Shown here: piece after piece, positions 13,649 to 28,559 of the stretch
Layout: each line of letters opens with the position of its first letter
How positions within the stretch are numbered: position 1 is the stretch's first letter
Assembly: GCF_009914755.1 (NCBI RefSeq)
Contig: NC_060931.1
Length of the DNA stretch: 64,000 nt
Direction: 5' to 3' (one strand)
From: the human T2T-CHM13v2.0 reference genome, Homo sapiens
Translations under genes and position numbers: made by a program
Notes under the pieces: generated by a model
The model's database searches: none
What the model saw: the letters and a program-made list of their open reading frames with translations, nothing else
Told to the model about the DNA's origin: nothing

Positions 13649-16090
13649 TGATATCATGTGGATATTTGTTCCCACCCAAATCTCATATTGAATTGTAATC
13701 CCCAATGCTAGAGGAGGGGCCTAGTGGGAGGTGTTTGGATCATGGGAGCAGATCCTCATGGCTTGGTGCTGTGCTTGCTATAAGGAGTGATCTCTCACAA
13801 AATCTGGTCATTTAAAAGTATGTGACATCTACTCCCCTCACTCTTTCTCTCTTGTTTCTGCTTTCACTATGTGAAGTACCTGCTGCCCCTTGCCTTCCAC
13901 AATGACTGGAAGCTTCCTGAGACCCCCCTAGAGGCAGCTGTCACTATGCTTCCTATATAGCCTGCAGAAGCATGAGCCAATTAAGCCTCTTTTTAAATAA
14001 ATTACCCAATGTCAGGTATTTTTTTTAGAGCAGCGTAAGAACAACCTGATACATAAAATCAGTACTGAGAAGTGAGGCATTACTATAAAGTTACCTGAAA
14101 ATGTGGATGTGACTTTGGAACTGCGTAATGGGCAGAGGTTAGAAGAGTTTGGAGGGCTCAGAGGAAGACAAGATGATGAGAGAAAGTTTGATATTTCTTG
14201 GAAACTGGTAAAATGGTTGTGACCAAAATGCTGATAGTGATATGGACAGTGAAGTCTGGATTGCTGAGGTCTCAGATTGAAATGAGAAATCTTATTGGAA
14301 ACTGGAGCACAGGTCACACATGTGATGCCTTAGCAAAGAGCTTGGCTGCATTTTGTTCATGACTTAGTGATATATGAAAGTATTGAACTTCAAAGTGATT
14401 ATTTAGGGTATCTGGTAGAAGATATTTTTAAGCAGCAAAGCTTTCAAGTTGTGACCTGGCTGCTCCTAAAAACCTATGCTCAGATGTGGGAGCAAAGAAA
14501 TGACTTAAATTTGAAATTTATATTTAAAAGGATAGCAGAGCATAAAAATTGGGAATATTTGCAGCCTGGTCATGTATCAGAAAAAGTAAAAGCCTTTTCA
14601 GGAGAAGAATTCAAGCAGACTGTGGAGCAATCACTTGCTAGAGAGATGTGCATAACTCAAAAGGAGCCAAGTGTTGATAGCCAAGGCAATGGGAAAAAGG
14701 CCCTGAAGGCATTTCAGAGACCTTTGTGGCAGCCCATCACATCACAGGCCTGAGGCCTAGGGGAAAGAATGTTTCATGGGCCAGGGCCCTGCTGCTCTGT
14801 GCAGCCTGGAGATACTGCTCTCACATCCTGGCTGCTCTGGCTTTAGCCTTAGCTCAAGGGGGTCCAGGTACAGCTCAGGCTGCAGCTCCTGAGGGTGCAA
14901 GCCATAAGCCTTGGTGGCTTCCATATGGTGTCAAGCCTGCGAGTGCACAGAGTGCAAGACTTGAGGCTTGGGAGCCTCCATCTAGAATTCAGAGGATGTA
15001 TGGAAAAGCCTGGGTGCCCAACAGAAGCCATCTGCAGGGGTGGAGCCCCCACAGAGAACCTCTGCTATGGCAAGGCAGAGGATAAATGTGGATTTGGAGC
15101 CCCCACACAGAGTTCCTATTTAGGCACTGCCAAGTGGAGCTAGGAGAAGGGAGCCACTATCCTCCAGATCTGAGAATGGTAGATCCACTGGCAGCCTGGG
15201 CTCTGCACCTGGAAAAGCCACAGACACTCAAATCCAGCCTAAGAGAGCAGCCATGGGGACTGCACCCTGTAAAGTCACAAAAGCAGAGATGCCAAGGCCT
15301 TGGAAGCTCACTCTTTGCACCAATGTGCCCTGGATGTGGGACATGGAGTCAAATGAAACTATTTTGGAGCTTGAAGATTTAATTACTGCTCTATGAGTTT
15401 TGTGTGAGGCCTGCAGCCCTTTTCTTTTGGCCAATTTCTCCCTTTTGGAACAAAAATGTTTACCCAATGCCTGTACTCCCATTGTATCTTGGGAGTAAAT
15501 AACTTGTTTTTGATTTTACAGGCTCATAGGTAGAAAGACTTGCTTTGCCTCAGATGAGACTTTGGACTTTGAACTTTTTGGTTAATGCTAGAACAAGCTA
15601 AGACTTTGAGGAGCTATTGGGAGGGAATGATTGTATTTTGCAAGTGAAAAGGACATAAGATTTTGAAAGGGCCAAGGGTAGAATAATATAGTTTGGATAT
15701 TTGTCCCTGTTCAAATCTCATGTTGAATTGTAATCCCCAGTGCTGGAATAGGGCCTGGTGGAAGGTGTTTGGATAATGGGAGTGAACCCTTCATGGCTTG
15801 GTGCTGTCTTCATGATAGTGAGTGAATTCTTACAAGATCTGGTCATTTAAAAGTGTGTGGCACCTCTCCCTAGCTTTCTCTCTCTTGCTCCTGCTTTCAC
15901 CATGGGATGTGCCTGTTCCTCTTTTTGCCTTCTGCAATGATTGGCAACTTCCTGAGGCCTCTCTAGAAGGAGATGCTGCTATGCTTTCTGTATAGCCTGC
16001 AGAACCATGAGCCAATTAAAACTCTTTTTAAAAAATAAATTACCCAGGCTCAGGTATTTGTTTATAGCAGTGCAAGAATGGCCTAATACA
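13649..16090 (+). mobile_element. Complete MSTA (ERVL-MaLR) element: LTR 13649-14053, internal region, LTR 15684-16090
   Basis: Two homologous LTRs, purine tract before the 3' LTR, 5-bp TSD GTCAG (13644-13648, 16091-16095), THE1/MST-type internal sequence. Confidence 0.93.
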
Positions 16091-17090
16091 GTCAGTAAAA
16101 TATAGTAACCATAAGAACCAGCAATAACTGAGATTAATTTTAATCCTTCTGGAGCTAGGATACAAAGAAAAACAGGTAAGAAAGTTGGAAGACATTCAGT
16201 TTTTTAGAATATCATCTTCTCAGGGCCAATAAAATATTCTCTGTGTTAAATAAAAAAGACAATGTTCATATTACATTTTATATAGGGGAAATAATGAATA
16301 ATATCTCCAGCAGCATTTCACAGCTAACATAGCAGCAGACATGATATCTTTTTTCCATTATTCCCTTCAGCACAAGCTAAGGGCTTAACAGTGAAATACC
16401 CTGAAGATTCCAGTAGGGGATAAATGGATGGGTTTGGGCAGCCTTCTATGACTGGAGCCAGGGGCAGGGTGTGTGTATATATTTAAAGTTGATGGATACC
16501 ATGTGCCTTCAACAATCTTTTCTAAATATTGCTTTTCTCAGTTGAGCTCTCCACAGAAGATGCAAAAATATGTAAAATTCATGTAGTAAGCATTGGGAAG
16601 CCATTACGGATTAGTAATCTTAGGGTCAACAAAATCAGTTAGAGATTTTGGAAAGAGAATTTTGGTCCTCAGCAGCAGGCCTGGTTAGAGGATTAGAGAC
16701 TTTCAGAATAGTGCTTGACAATGGAAGCAGCATGAGCTTATGATAAAAACATGGCTACACTACTTTTGGGTGTCCCAACATCAAACACCACATTGCAACT
16801 GAAGAATGTTATTTTAATTTCCCTGACAAAATAGCTTTATCTTTGCTATAGCACACACTTGATAAAGATATTAGAGGATGTACTGGTAGTCACTAACCAA
16901 TACCATTTTAATTACACATGAGTCATACTGTTTAAACATTAATAAACTGTATAAAAATATTTCTAATATTTCTTCAGAGTCCATTAAATCCCAAACTTAG
17001 CAAAGTTTGATAGAGTCTCACAGATAAATAATTTATGATTGCCATTTATAATTAAGCACCATATACAATTTCCTTTAAATACCTTTCCTG

Positions 17091-17265
17091 CTTTGGAGAC
17101 TCAGAGGGTGGAAGGGGTATGAGGGACACAAAGCTACATTTGGGGTACGATGTACACTATTCAGGTGACCCATGCACTGAAATCTCAAACTTCACTATAC
17201 AATCCATCCATATAACCAAAAAACATTTGTACCCCAAAAGCCATTGAAATAAAAAAAACTTTAAA
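17091..17265 (+). mobile_element. Short L1PB 3' end
   Basis: GGGTACGATGTACACTATTCAGGTGA...TTGTACCCCAAAAGC..TTGAAATAAAA; 14-bp TSD AAATACC(T/C)TTCCTG at 17077-17090 and 17266-17279. Confidence 0.88.
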
Positions 17266-18128
17266 AAATACCCTTCCTGTAGAAAGCATACATTCAATAA
17301 TGTTAAATTATTATTTTTAAACACTTTGGTACCTTGGGATATTTATCTAACAGATTAAAATAATGATGCCAGTTACATATCATTTAGTTTATTATAGGCT
17401 TCTTTGAAAACAATCATCTGTGCCAAAGTGTTTTCATCAATCTAAGCTTATTTTAAAGCATAAACCTAGAAAACATACTTCTGATAGTGAATTCTAGTAA
17501 ATAGGAAGATATATCTTAAAGCTCAAATTAGCAGTGATGCTCAGAATTTAAAGTTGGTTTGTTTGAATTGGTTTGTTGATTTTGTCATCAGATGATTTAA
17601 TGAATGAAAATCCATTAATGAACTCTGACAATGTTTACCATATCACTTAATCTTTCTGTAAAATATTTACTCTGAGTAACTATCACTGGTTAATATGTCA
17701 CATCATGAATTGATAGCCCAGAGACAAGACCTTATATTGTTTATAGGTTAATATAATTAGGAACGACATTAAGGTTAGCTTGTCTTGCGTTTCATCTAAA
17801 ATAACTTTGAAACACGTGGTTAATGTGTTGCTAGATCATATCTCCTTCAGTCTTAGAGAACAAATACACACACATATGTATGTACATATATGTATTTTTG
17901 TGTGTCTCATATATCCTGTATATATGATAGTCAACAAAATTGGTCCGGAAGATTGGCCTTCTTGGCAGATGAGGAGGCTGAGAGAGGGACAGAATCTCCA
18001 TTCATGCCCTTTTATTGACACCACCAGTTATCACTGAAGGATAACTGTGATAAAATTATAGTGTAATAAGACCTTTAGCAATAATTAACTGGCAGGTGAG
18101 TTTCTAAAGTGCCAATTTTCAACTGGGA

Positions 18129-18149
18129 TGTGTGTGTGTGTGTGTGTGT

Positions 18150-18195
<46 letters not shown>
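18129..18195. repeat. (TG)n microsatellite, about 33 units
   Basis: Seen directly; one TC interruption. Confidence 0.98.
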
Positions 18196-18199
<4 letters not shown>

Positions 18200-19592
18200 T
18201 TCTAGAGGTTAAATCCGTTACCTATGGGGAGTTATGTTAAATTATTCAAGGTATTCAATAACCAAGTCACCAAATCATATACAAAGTGGAAGCTGGGAGA
18301 GGCGGGATAGAGTATTTGTATTATATGAATAATCATGGGGTTTATGAACATTGCTCCTTATATTACAGTTTTTTCTTCCTTAGATACTCTGGGTGATGGG
18401 AGACGGAAGGTTGAAATCTGCTGTCCTAAAACTCCCAGAAAAGATAATTTGGCTATATTCTTGGAAAAGCTCCGATATACATAGCATTTTACTCTTTATA
18501 CTTAGTTCTAGTGTGATAAACCCTGGAGAGTGATTGTGTAGATAAGCTGAAAACTTCCATGATTTAGTCTGAGCCCAGCTCTTCCGTTCTGGTTTCTAAG
18601 GCTAAAAAGAAATCCCTAGATTTACACTGCCCAGACACTGCTGCTGAGCACTGAATGTCAAATGAGGAAGATGTTATGGTGAAACACCAGGTCTAATTCC
18701 CTCTCAGCTTCTCAAGTGCTATGGCCATCTCTTAGTGGGGCAAAGCCAATGTGAGCCCTTAATTTCCAAATCCTAGAGTCCACATGATATGGAAAAGGAA
18801 TGCATTAAATAGTCACACTCCTGTACACCTGAGCCATGTGGTTAGGGAATGTTTAACGGTGTCAACCAGGAAAGGTCACAGTGCTTATGTGGCTGGGTAA
18901 CGGAAGTCTAGTGCATGATCAGACTCTAAGCAGGAAGTGATCTGTAACTCCACAGAGTACTTACAAACAATTCTCCCATCACTATGGAGCGATGATGGAA
19001 ATCAGCATGGGAAAATACAGATGAGGAAATGTCAACAGAAAAAATGCAGAGATGGAGTGTTAAATGATAGAGACAACATTATCTTACATTATCATTTTCT
19101 TGGCCCTTTGGTTAAGAGCTGTCAGTTCTTAAAGAATTTGGGGGACTAGTGGCAGCCTAGTAGAGCAGATTTTTCAAAAAATTATATTTAAGTTTTTATA
19201 TTGATAGAGCATACATATATATGTATATAGTTTTCAGAGTATGAGCTCAGTCACTTCAACAGATCTTGTTTGTTTTCTTCATTGGAAGCTTTGATTTAAA
19301 AATTGATTCTTCTCTGGAGTCTGTTGAGTATCTAACCACATTAAATGAGGTAAATAATAATGGTATAACACTTGAAGTGGTATCTGACTAATGAAGATCC
19401 CAAAGGGAGAACATTGACGTATTAATACCTCATTCTTTCACAATGTTTATCTATTCTTATCTCTTTGATGTTAATTACTACATTATGTTAGAACTAATTT
19501 GACCATGTAACTCTTCCTTATCTCATTTTGATTTTTAAGCATTTTCCATATCTTAGTGTTTACTCTAAAATAATTATTTAAAAAGGGATCTA

Positions 19593-19884
19593 GGCTGGTC
19601 ACGGTGGCTTACACCTGTACTCCCAGCACTTTGGAAGGACAAGGCAGAGGATTGCTTGACCAGGAATTTGAGACCTGCCTAGACAAAACAGTGAGACCCT
19701 GTCTCTACAAAAAATAAGAATAAAATACAAATAAATTCTCCAGGCATGGTGGCACATGCCTATAGTCCCAGCTGCTTGGGAGGCTAACACAGAAGGATCC
19801 CATGAGCCCAGGAGTTTGAAGCTGCAGTGAGATATGATCATGGCACTCCAACCCGGGTGTAAGTAAGTAACAAGTAAATAAATA
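19593..19884 (+). mobile_element. AluJ
   Basis: J-type features (GGATTGCTTGA, GAGCCCAGGAGTTTGAAGCTGCAGTGAG). Confidence 0.93.
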
Positions 19885-19953
19885 AGATCTAAAACTCCTT
19901 TGGTGAGGCATAGGAAAGGCTTTGGAAATTGAACTACATATTCCTGTAGTATC

Positions 19954-20425
19954 TTTTTTTTTTTTTTCCTTTTTGGAGACGAGGCAGGGTGGGGGTGTCT
20001 TCCTCTGTTGCCCAGGTTGGAGTGCAGTGGCACAGTCATGGTTCACTGCAGTCTTGACCTTCTGGGCTCAAGAGATCCTTTCACTTCAGACTCTGAAGTA
20101 GCAGGGACTACAGGCAGGTGCTACCACATCTGGTTTTAAAATATATATACACATATATATATACATGTATATATATATGTGTATATATATTTTATTTATA
20201 TGTATATGTATATTTTATTTATATTTATATATATTTTATTTATATGTATATATATTATTTATATGCATATATATTTTATATATATGTGTATATATATATA
20301 TATTTGTAGAGATAGGGGTCTTCTTATGTTGTCCAGGCTCATCTCAAACTCTTCGGCTTAAGTGATTCTCCCACCTCGTCCTTCCAAAATATTGGGATTA
20401 CCAGTATGAACCAATGTACCTGGCT
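19954..20425 (-). mobile_element. AluJ with a TA-rich expansion in its linker
   Basis: Both arms present, separated by about 165 bp of (TA)-rich sequence at 20138-20303. Confidence 0.9.
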
Positions 20426-20751
20426 GCTTTTTTGATTTGACATGAAACCACAGATCTACATTTTTACTTTCAAATTCTTTCTGTAATATTTGCATAGATG
20501 AGCATTTGACCTTCAATATGTCAACTTGAATTTGTCTCTGTTGAACTTTACCTTGTCATGATGCAGATTTTTTTCTTTCGTTTTTGCATAAATCTTATGA
20601 AGTGGTCTGGATTTCAAACTTTCAACAGTCAGTCTAAATGTAAACAACAAACCATGACACTTCAGTGGCATTGTAAGCATTTACTGTGTATACCTACTCT
20701 GAGATTCTATGAAGTATTTGAAGCTGTTGTCAGAATTGAATCTACGTGTAA

Positions 20752-20975
<224 letters not shown>

Positions 20976-23813
20976 CTGCTCTATGCTTAAATTTTGAGGC
21001 TGCCAGGATGAATTTATCCTGAAAACTCCTTCTGAGGGTATCTCACAAAAATATAATGACTTACACTGAGCAGCAGGAGTGGTAGGGAACTTACAATCTG
21101 CCTTAGAACAAAATGTACAGTTACTGAGGAGTTAGTGACAAGTGTGGTACCACGCAGTGCCTTACTCCAGGTGATTTTGAATGAATGCTTTATTAGCCAT
21201 TGTTCTCAAAACAGCAGTGTAAAATCATAGCTACACCTAGTGGGCCCAGATGGACACAGTTTTAAGATATACTCTAAGAAGAGTCACAGAATAATTGAAC
21301 TTCTTAATTGCTAACCAGATCTGGAAGTTATTTCCAGAGTTAGTGATACTTAGGAGTCTAGGTAAAGAATTACGATATGGATTAAGTGAGAGGCTTCACC
21401 AGAGGCTTTCCCTAGAAGGTAAAATGTGTCAGGGTGTGAGAAAATTGCTGTCTGGCAGGTCTGCTTTTCCTCCATCCCTACCTGCATCATCTATGGGAAA
21501 ATGGTTTCCCTCTATTGTCACTTTTATCTAAGAAAAAAGTAGATGTAATTGGATTTCTTCACCTTTTTTGTCAGCAAAAAGAAATAACGAGGATATGATA
21601 TAATCAGGAACTTTGGATGAGGGTTTAAGATAAATGTTGGAATCCTAGATTCTTAACCTAGATATAGCTTTTTGGTTAAAAGAATGTGGCCTGGAGCGGA
21701 ACATTACATTACAGGAGATTTGAAAGCCAAAGTCTCTTCCTACTGTGATTCTTTAAAGTGTCAAACTATCAGTACAGTCAATACCTGGGTAAACACTTTA
21801 TTGAAACAACTTTTGTATATTCTTATTTTAAATTGAAGATTAGAAACTGCCTTATTCTGAAATATGAAAGGAAATATGGCTGTAAGGCTAGTTCAGTCTT
21901 TCCTCTTTAACCACCATAGAAATCTCTGAGTTTGGTTCCACATTCCTACAGAAAAATATGGCTAAATAGATTTTCAAGTTATGCCCATTATCTTTGGGGA
22001 GCTGGGATTGGAAACTGTTTATGAGTCAGATAAAAGAAAATGGATACACTTCAGGATGGCATGTGAAATAAAATTATATTACTATATTTATTGAATGCTG
22101 TGTGTATGAAAAACAGTGTTTAGCATTATAAAATCATATTGAAATGATTTTAATAGATAATAGACAAACTGTTATATTTCATGCAGACATTGTCATGGAA
22201 ATATTGACGTTGCCAACACACGTAGCTCAATATTCCCACTGCTCTTATGAAATAGATTCTGCTCTTTCTCTCTGAACACCAACATGCGTTCTCAGTACAG
22301 AGACAGGTCACTCAAAACAGAAGGTGTATAGCTTCTCTTGGAGTGTTTCCCAGGACAGTGCCCTCTGGTGCAATCTTTGGCTATGGAAGCATGAGCGAGT
22401 TCAATAGTGCAATAAACATTCTTCCCTTCCTCCACATCAGTGGCCCAAATACTAATTTGTCCAAGAAATTGCCTGCTGGTGCTGTAATTTCAACTCCCTC
22501 TTCAACTGGCAGAAAGGTATTCATGTCCACAAACAAATAAAAGAACAAGGACATATCTATTGAGACAGCTGAACACTAAACCTCTAATTACTTAAAGTAA
22601 TTTGGAAACATTTCTGGAATCATAATACCAAGAAGAACATGCCTTAAAGAAATTATTAAGCAAATAAGGACAATTTGAATTATTTCTACCTGATCTCATT
22701 TCTATTGGGCATTTACTAAGTATGTGAAGAATAACTCTCAAAGGCTAGGCAAGCCAGCTGTAAAGTAATAATCATTTCTTTTCTTAAGAAAATAAGGGTT
22801 AAATTAAATCAGAAAATAGTAGAAACAGCAATGAGAATAAAATGCTTTAGAATATTTATGAGAATTTCCTAGAATACTAATAACCTCAAAATTAATTCAA
22901 AGTTGAACATTTTTTTAAACTTTACCCTGATTAAAAAATAAAATTTTTCACTGACAAAGAAAAATAAAGCCTCAGTTAAAATTATTTCATTCCCACCTAT
23001 CCTCTTTGTTCTCTCTTCTACCTTTAAAATTACTGAAGTTTATATCCCCAAATATATATAATATTTGCGGTACAATTTCCTTGCAATAATCACTTTCATT
23101 TTGTAGACTTTTTATGCTGTCTAGCTTAATTCAATTCTAATGCATTTCTCTTTTACCTAACAGTCTCAATATGTGTGATATAAACTCTGATTATCCCAGA
23201 GATTATAACATGCAGGATGGAAGAAGAATAAAAGGCAATACATATAGATAAATCTTTCAAGATTTGTGTTGGACGAGGAAACTAGTTTAGAGATTTTGTT
23301 TTTGTTTCTGTTTTGGCTACACTTTCCTTAAATTTCCTAAGGTGATATTATATATATTATATCTATATATAATATAGATATGATTTAGAGTTGTGCTTTT
23401 ACATTAAAATATGTAGAGTTATTCCATTCAATTTTCTGCTATTGAATATTTCTTAAAGACTCAGCATACATACTAGCATGAGACATACACTTCTTTTATT
23501 GGAAAACTTCAGTGAGAACACTGAAGGAGAACAGTGTTCAGAAGAACGCTGAACAATCTAGTAAAAAATTAGTTTCACTAGACACGGTATATAATCTGTC
23601 TATAAGTATTTAGCTTGCATACTGCTGTGATGGCATGATTAAAATATGACATAAAATTCAACTTATCAGATCTTTCATCGTTTATGATGTTTATCTAATA
23701 TCTAGAAAAAAATCCCTTATGTATACTTGTGTTCATCACTGTGAAGATAATGTTACTTTAGTCCCTCTCAAATGCAATCAGGGAAGACTATGATTAGAAA
23801 AGTATCTCCATCA

Positions 23814-23936
23814 GGTCAGGCGCAGTGGCTCACACCTGTAATCCCAGCACTTTGTGAGGCCGAGGCAGGTGGATCATCTGAGATCAGGAGTTCAAGACCA
23901 GCCTGGACAACATAGGGAAACCTTGTTTTTCCTAAA

Positions 23937-23967
<31 letters not shown>

Positions 23968-24131
23968 GAAAGAATGGAAAAAAAATTAGCTGAGTGTGGT
24001 AGTGCACTCCTGTAATCCCAGCTACTTGGAGGCTGAGGCAGAAGAATTGCTTGAACCCGAGAGGTGGAGGTTGCAACAAGCCGAGATCGTGCTACTGCAC
24101 TCAAGCCTGGGAGACAGAGGAGAGTCCATCT

Positions 24132-24171
<40 letters not shown>

Positions 24172-24180
24172 AGAGAGAGA
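23814..24180 (+). mobile_element. AluS with expanded linker and A/(GA) tail
   Basis: TSD TATCTCCATCA at 23803-23813 and 24183-24193. Confidence 0.97.
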
Positions 24181-24334
24181 AATATCTCCATCAGTGTTAA
24201 ATATTCGAATGCATTTTTGTGTACAAAATTATCTGCTATGTACAGATGAAAGTATTCTAAAGATACAGCAATCCATGGAGGGATGAAAGAACATAAGGCA
24301 TTTATTATTGAAGCAACCAAAAGAGGGAAAGGGA

Positions 24335-24510
24335 AGTGGTGTTCAAAATTTAGTGTGCATCAGAATCACCAGGAAAGCTTGCTAAACATTCAAATTACTG
24401 AACTCTCCTACCTGGAAATAATTTGATATGCCTGGGATCCAGAGATCTGCATTTTAACAAATACTCCAGGAATTTCTGATGTATTTAATTTGGGGACCAA
24501 GCTTTCAGCC
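24335..24510. mobile_element. MER5-type MITE
   Basis: GTGTGCATCAGAATCACC...ATCTGCATTTTAACAA. Confidence 0.8.
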
Positions 24511-24589
24511 TAAGAAGGGTAATAAACTAAATTATTGGGTAAGTATTAAAGAGGGAGTTAGTGAAGCAGAGAACAGATGGGAAGGAAGT

Positions 24590-26720
24590 CATTAGCAATA
24601 AAGCCGGTGATCTTGTTTCCTATTTCACTGGAATAAGGGAAGCAACCAGAAAAGAATTCCCAAACATTCCACAGAACATATATCTATTCATTTGTACCTG
24701 TGACCCCATATCAAGTAAAATTTATCACTATGAACAAATTGTGACCCTAGTTGAGACCAATCACTTCAACTGACCAGCAGAACCCATTCTCTCATCTACT
24801 GAAGATTCCAGAAATTCTTGCCTTTCTACAGCAGTACTACATTTACCTCTTTGTTCTCTGATCATTATCACATTAAGAAGTATTCCCATATTTCTCTCAC
24901 TTTAAAACACACACACATGCACACACACACACACACCCCTCTCCATTTCACTCTCCTCTTCAGTTGTCCTAGTTTTATTTATCTCTTTACAATAAAACCA
25001 CCCCCAACAAATTGTTTCTGATCACTATTTTCAATTTTCCTACTTCCATATTTTCCTGGCCTCTCTCCAATCAGAATTTTCCCTTTTCCATCAAAACTGC
25101 TCATAAAAGATCACCAATTACCCCTATGTTGCTAAAACCAATGATCAATTCTGAGTTCCCATCTCACATGGTCTAATACTGGTATTTGAATTAGGTCATG
25201 CCTCTAAATCAGGTGTGTCCGATCTTTTGGCTTCCCTGGGCCACCTTGGAAGAAGAATTGTCTTGGGTCACACATAAAATACACTAACACTAATAATAGC
25301 TGATGAGCTAAACATAAATCACCAAAAAATTCTCATAGCGTTTTAAGAAAATTTATGAATTTGTGTTGTGCTGCATTCAAAGTCGTCCTGGGCTGCATGC
25401 GGGCTGTGGGCCATGGGTTGAACAAGCCTGCTCCAGATTCAATATCCCCCTCACTTGACTTCCAGGACATCAGAATAGCATTCCTCCGTAGGCTTCTTTG
25501 CTTCTTATCTTCCCATCCCTTTCCTTCTCCTCCCACCACCTGCCCCTATTTCCCTTCACTGCTTTATTTGATGTTTCATCAGTTCTCATAACTTTACGTA
25601 CCATCTACAAGCAGATGATTCCCAAATGTACTCCAGCCAGACCATTTCTCATTAATGTCAGGTTCATATTCCCACAGTTATTGAATGTTCAATAAACACC
25701 TCAAATTTAACATTATCAAAAACAATATTGTAACCACTTGCTCTCTTCTCTACTAATGTACACTTACAGAGCCTTTCCCATCTCAGTAAAAGGCAACTCT
25801 ATACCGCAAGCTACTTAGACAAAAAATCTTGAAGTCATTCTTGCCTTCTCTCTTTTTGTCATATTTCATATCTGGTTCGTTAGCAAATCCTTTGTCCCTA
25901 TTTTTAAAATTTGTATATCCAGAATATCACCTCTTACTGCCTCTATTGCTAACATCCCAGTCTAAACCTCTCATATTTTTCTCCTGAGGCAACTGGAGTG
26001 ATTCTATTTAATACACATTAAGGTCATGTCACTCATCTGTTCAAAACCCTAAGATCCCCATCTCACTCAGAGTAAAAGCCAAACCTTTATAATGCCCTTC
26101 AATGGAAATTTATGTCAAGTAAATTCAATTCAAGCTATGATAAGTCAAGTCGAAGCATGTCAATCAATCCAAGCTGAGACAATTCTAGTCATGTCATGTC
26201 AGGACACAAGTTAAGACAAGACAGGTCATGTCAAGTCCTAGATGATCTCCCCACCCACTATTACTCTTTGATCTGTTTCCCTCCAATTCTTCGTCTCAGT
26301 AGGCGCCAACAACACTGGCCTCCATGCTATTCCAGAACTCCCCAATCATGATCTTTGCTAGTGCTGTTCTATGTGAAATGCTTCCCCTGGGAACCTTTAT
26401 TACTTGCCCACTTACTGATTTTCCATCTTTACTCAAATGTCACCCCTTCAATCAGTCTTGCTTGTCTATTCTATGTAATACCGCAACGTAGCCTCACCAA
26501 CACAGTCTGGCTTCTGTTTCTCATTTTTTGGCTTTGAATTCATAACTAATAACATAGAATTTACTTATTCCTCTTGTTTATTGTCTATAATTCCTCTCTC
26601 TCTCTCTCAAAATACAAAGTACCTAAATTTTTGTCTCACTTATTAACTACTGTGCTCCAGAGAAGTGCTTGGCACAAAGTGTGCATACAAAAAATAGTTC
26701 TTGAAAGATGGATGAATGGC
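24590..26720 (+). mobile_element. Long degenerate L2
   Basis: L2 motifs in order (GATCTTGTTTCCTATTTCACTG; CATCAAAACTGCTC...TCACCAAT; CCCATCTCAGTAAA; GTCATGTCACTC; GTGCTTGGCACA...GGATGAATG). Confidence 0.8.
25210..25430. mobile_element. MER30 hAT MITE
   Basis: CAGGTGTGTCC..TCTTTTGGCTTCCCTGGGCCAC...GGTTGAACAAGCCTG; degenerate 8-bp TSD CTCTAAAT/CTCCAGAT. Confidence 0.92.
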
Positions 26721-27771
26721 ATGAAGAGCACTGTCAAAACCTAAGTATTGGGATCTCCTCGAATCTGGATAAAAATCTTAGCTAATTCTTATCAGAAGGT
26801 GAAATGGCAGCTGATGGTGCAGTAACAATAAAGATGCAGTTGCACCGTACAGGCACCCTCCTCCCCCTCCACCCACCGCCTTCTTCCCTTTAGCTTGTAT
26901 GCAACACTATCTAGTCCTTTGTAAATGAACATTTCTAAATACCTGGGGAGAGTTTTGGTGAAGTCAACATTTTTTATTACATGGAATATTTTCTAAATAA
27001 TACATTTTAAACATGTAAAAGAAAATTCAATCAATTATAGACTTCCTCCTTTTCCCTCTCCCTACTTTAAAGATTGTTTTAGGTAAAACTATATGGCTCA
27101 CAGAATATATTTGGGGCTTATCAGGACACAGGAATACTACTACTAAAATTATTATTTCTTGTAAGCCTTTGTAAGCTTGATGTGGCAATGCAAAAAATAC
27201 ACAAAAACCAGGCAAACTTTATTTTCTGAAGCATCAACTCCAGTTATAATTAGATTTCCAAAATTGGTTTTAATAAAATTAGGGCTGGGCCCATATCTGC
27301 AGGCTCTCTCCTTGTTCACAGCTATATGTCCAGGATCTAACAGAGTGCTTGATAAATAGAACTCTTCCTGTTTCTTACTGTCTCAATCTCTCTCTTCTCC
27401 CTCCCGCCCTTCTTCCTCCCCTCTCCCTCTCTCTCTCTCTGAGAGAAAGAATAACGGAATTAAATTGAATGATTAATCTCCAACTATACATGATACAATC
27501 GATTCAATTTTGGCATTGTTGCCTTAAAGGGTATCATTTAGGCCAACTTAAACTCAAACAAGATACAAAAGATTACAAAAACCAGGATAAAGATAATAAG
27601 GAGAGCCAATTCTATTTGTTCGTTTATAAAAGCCCATGTTAAGAGAACTGTTAGCCTTACTTTTATTTTTGAAATTCTTCAAATCAACCTACTAATAAGA
27701 TAAATGTTCATACTTTGTTCTACTCATTGTGCTAGCCAATTTAGATACATTATTTACATTATTTAATTTAC

Positions 27772-28421
<650 letters not shown>

Positions 28422-28559
28422 TGACCCATATAATTCAAACTGCTTATCAGAAGTCTGTATATGTCACACGCATTAAGCCCTGTAGAGTCATGGAATATTA
28501 TCCTTGAGACAGATTTTAGTGGATTTTCATTGTTTCATTTTTTTCTTAAGAAACATTAC

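Noticed and set aside
13649-16090. DUX4 site in the MSTA LTRs
   Set aside because: The positions read TGTTTGGATCA and TGTTTGGATAA, not TGATTRRATTA.
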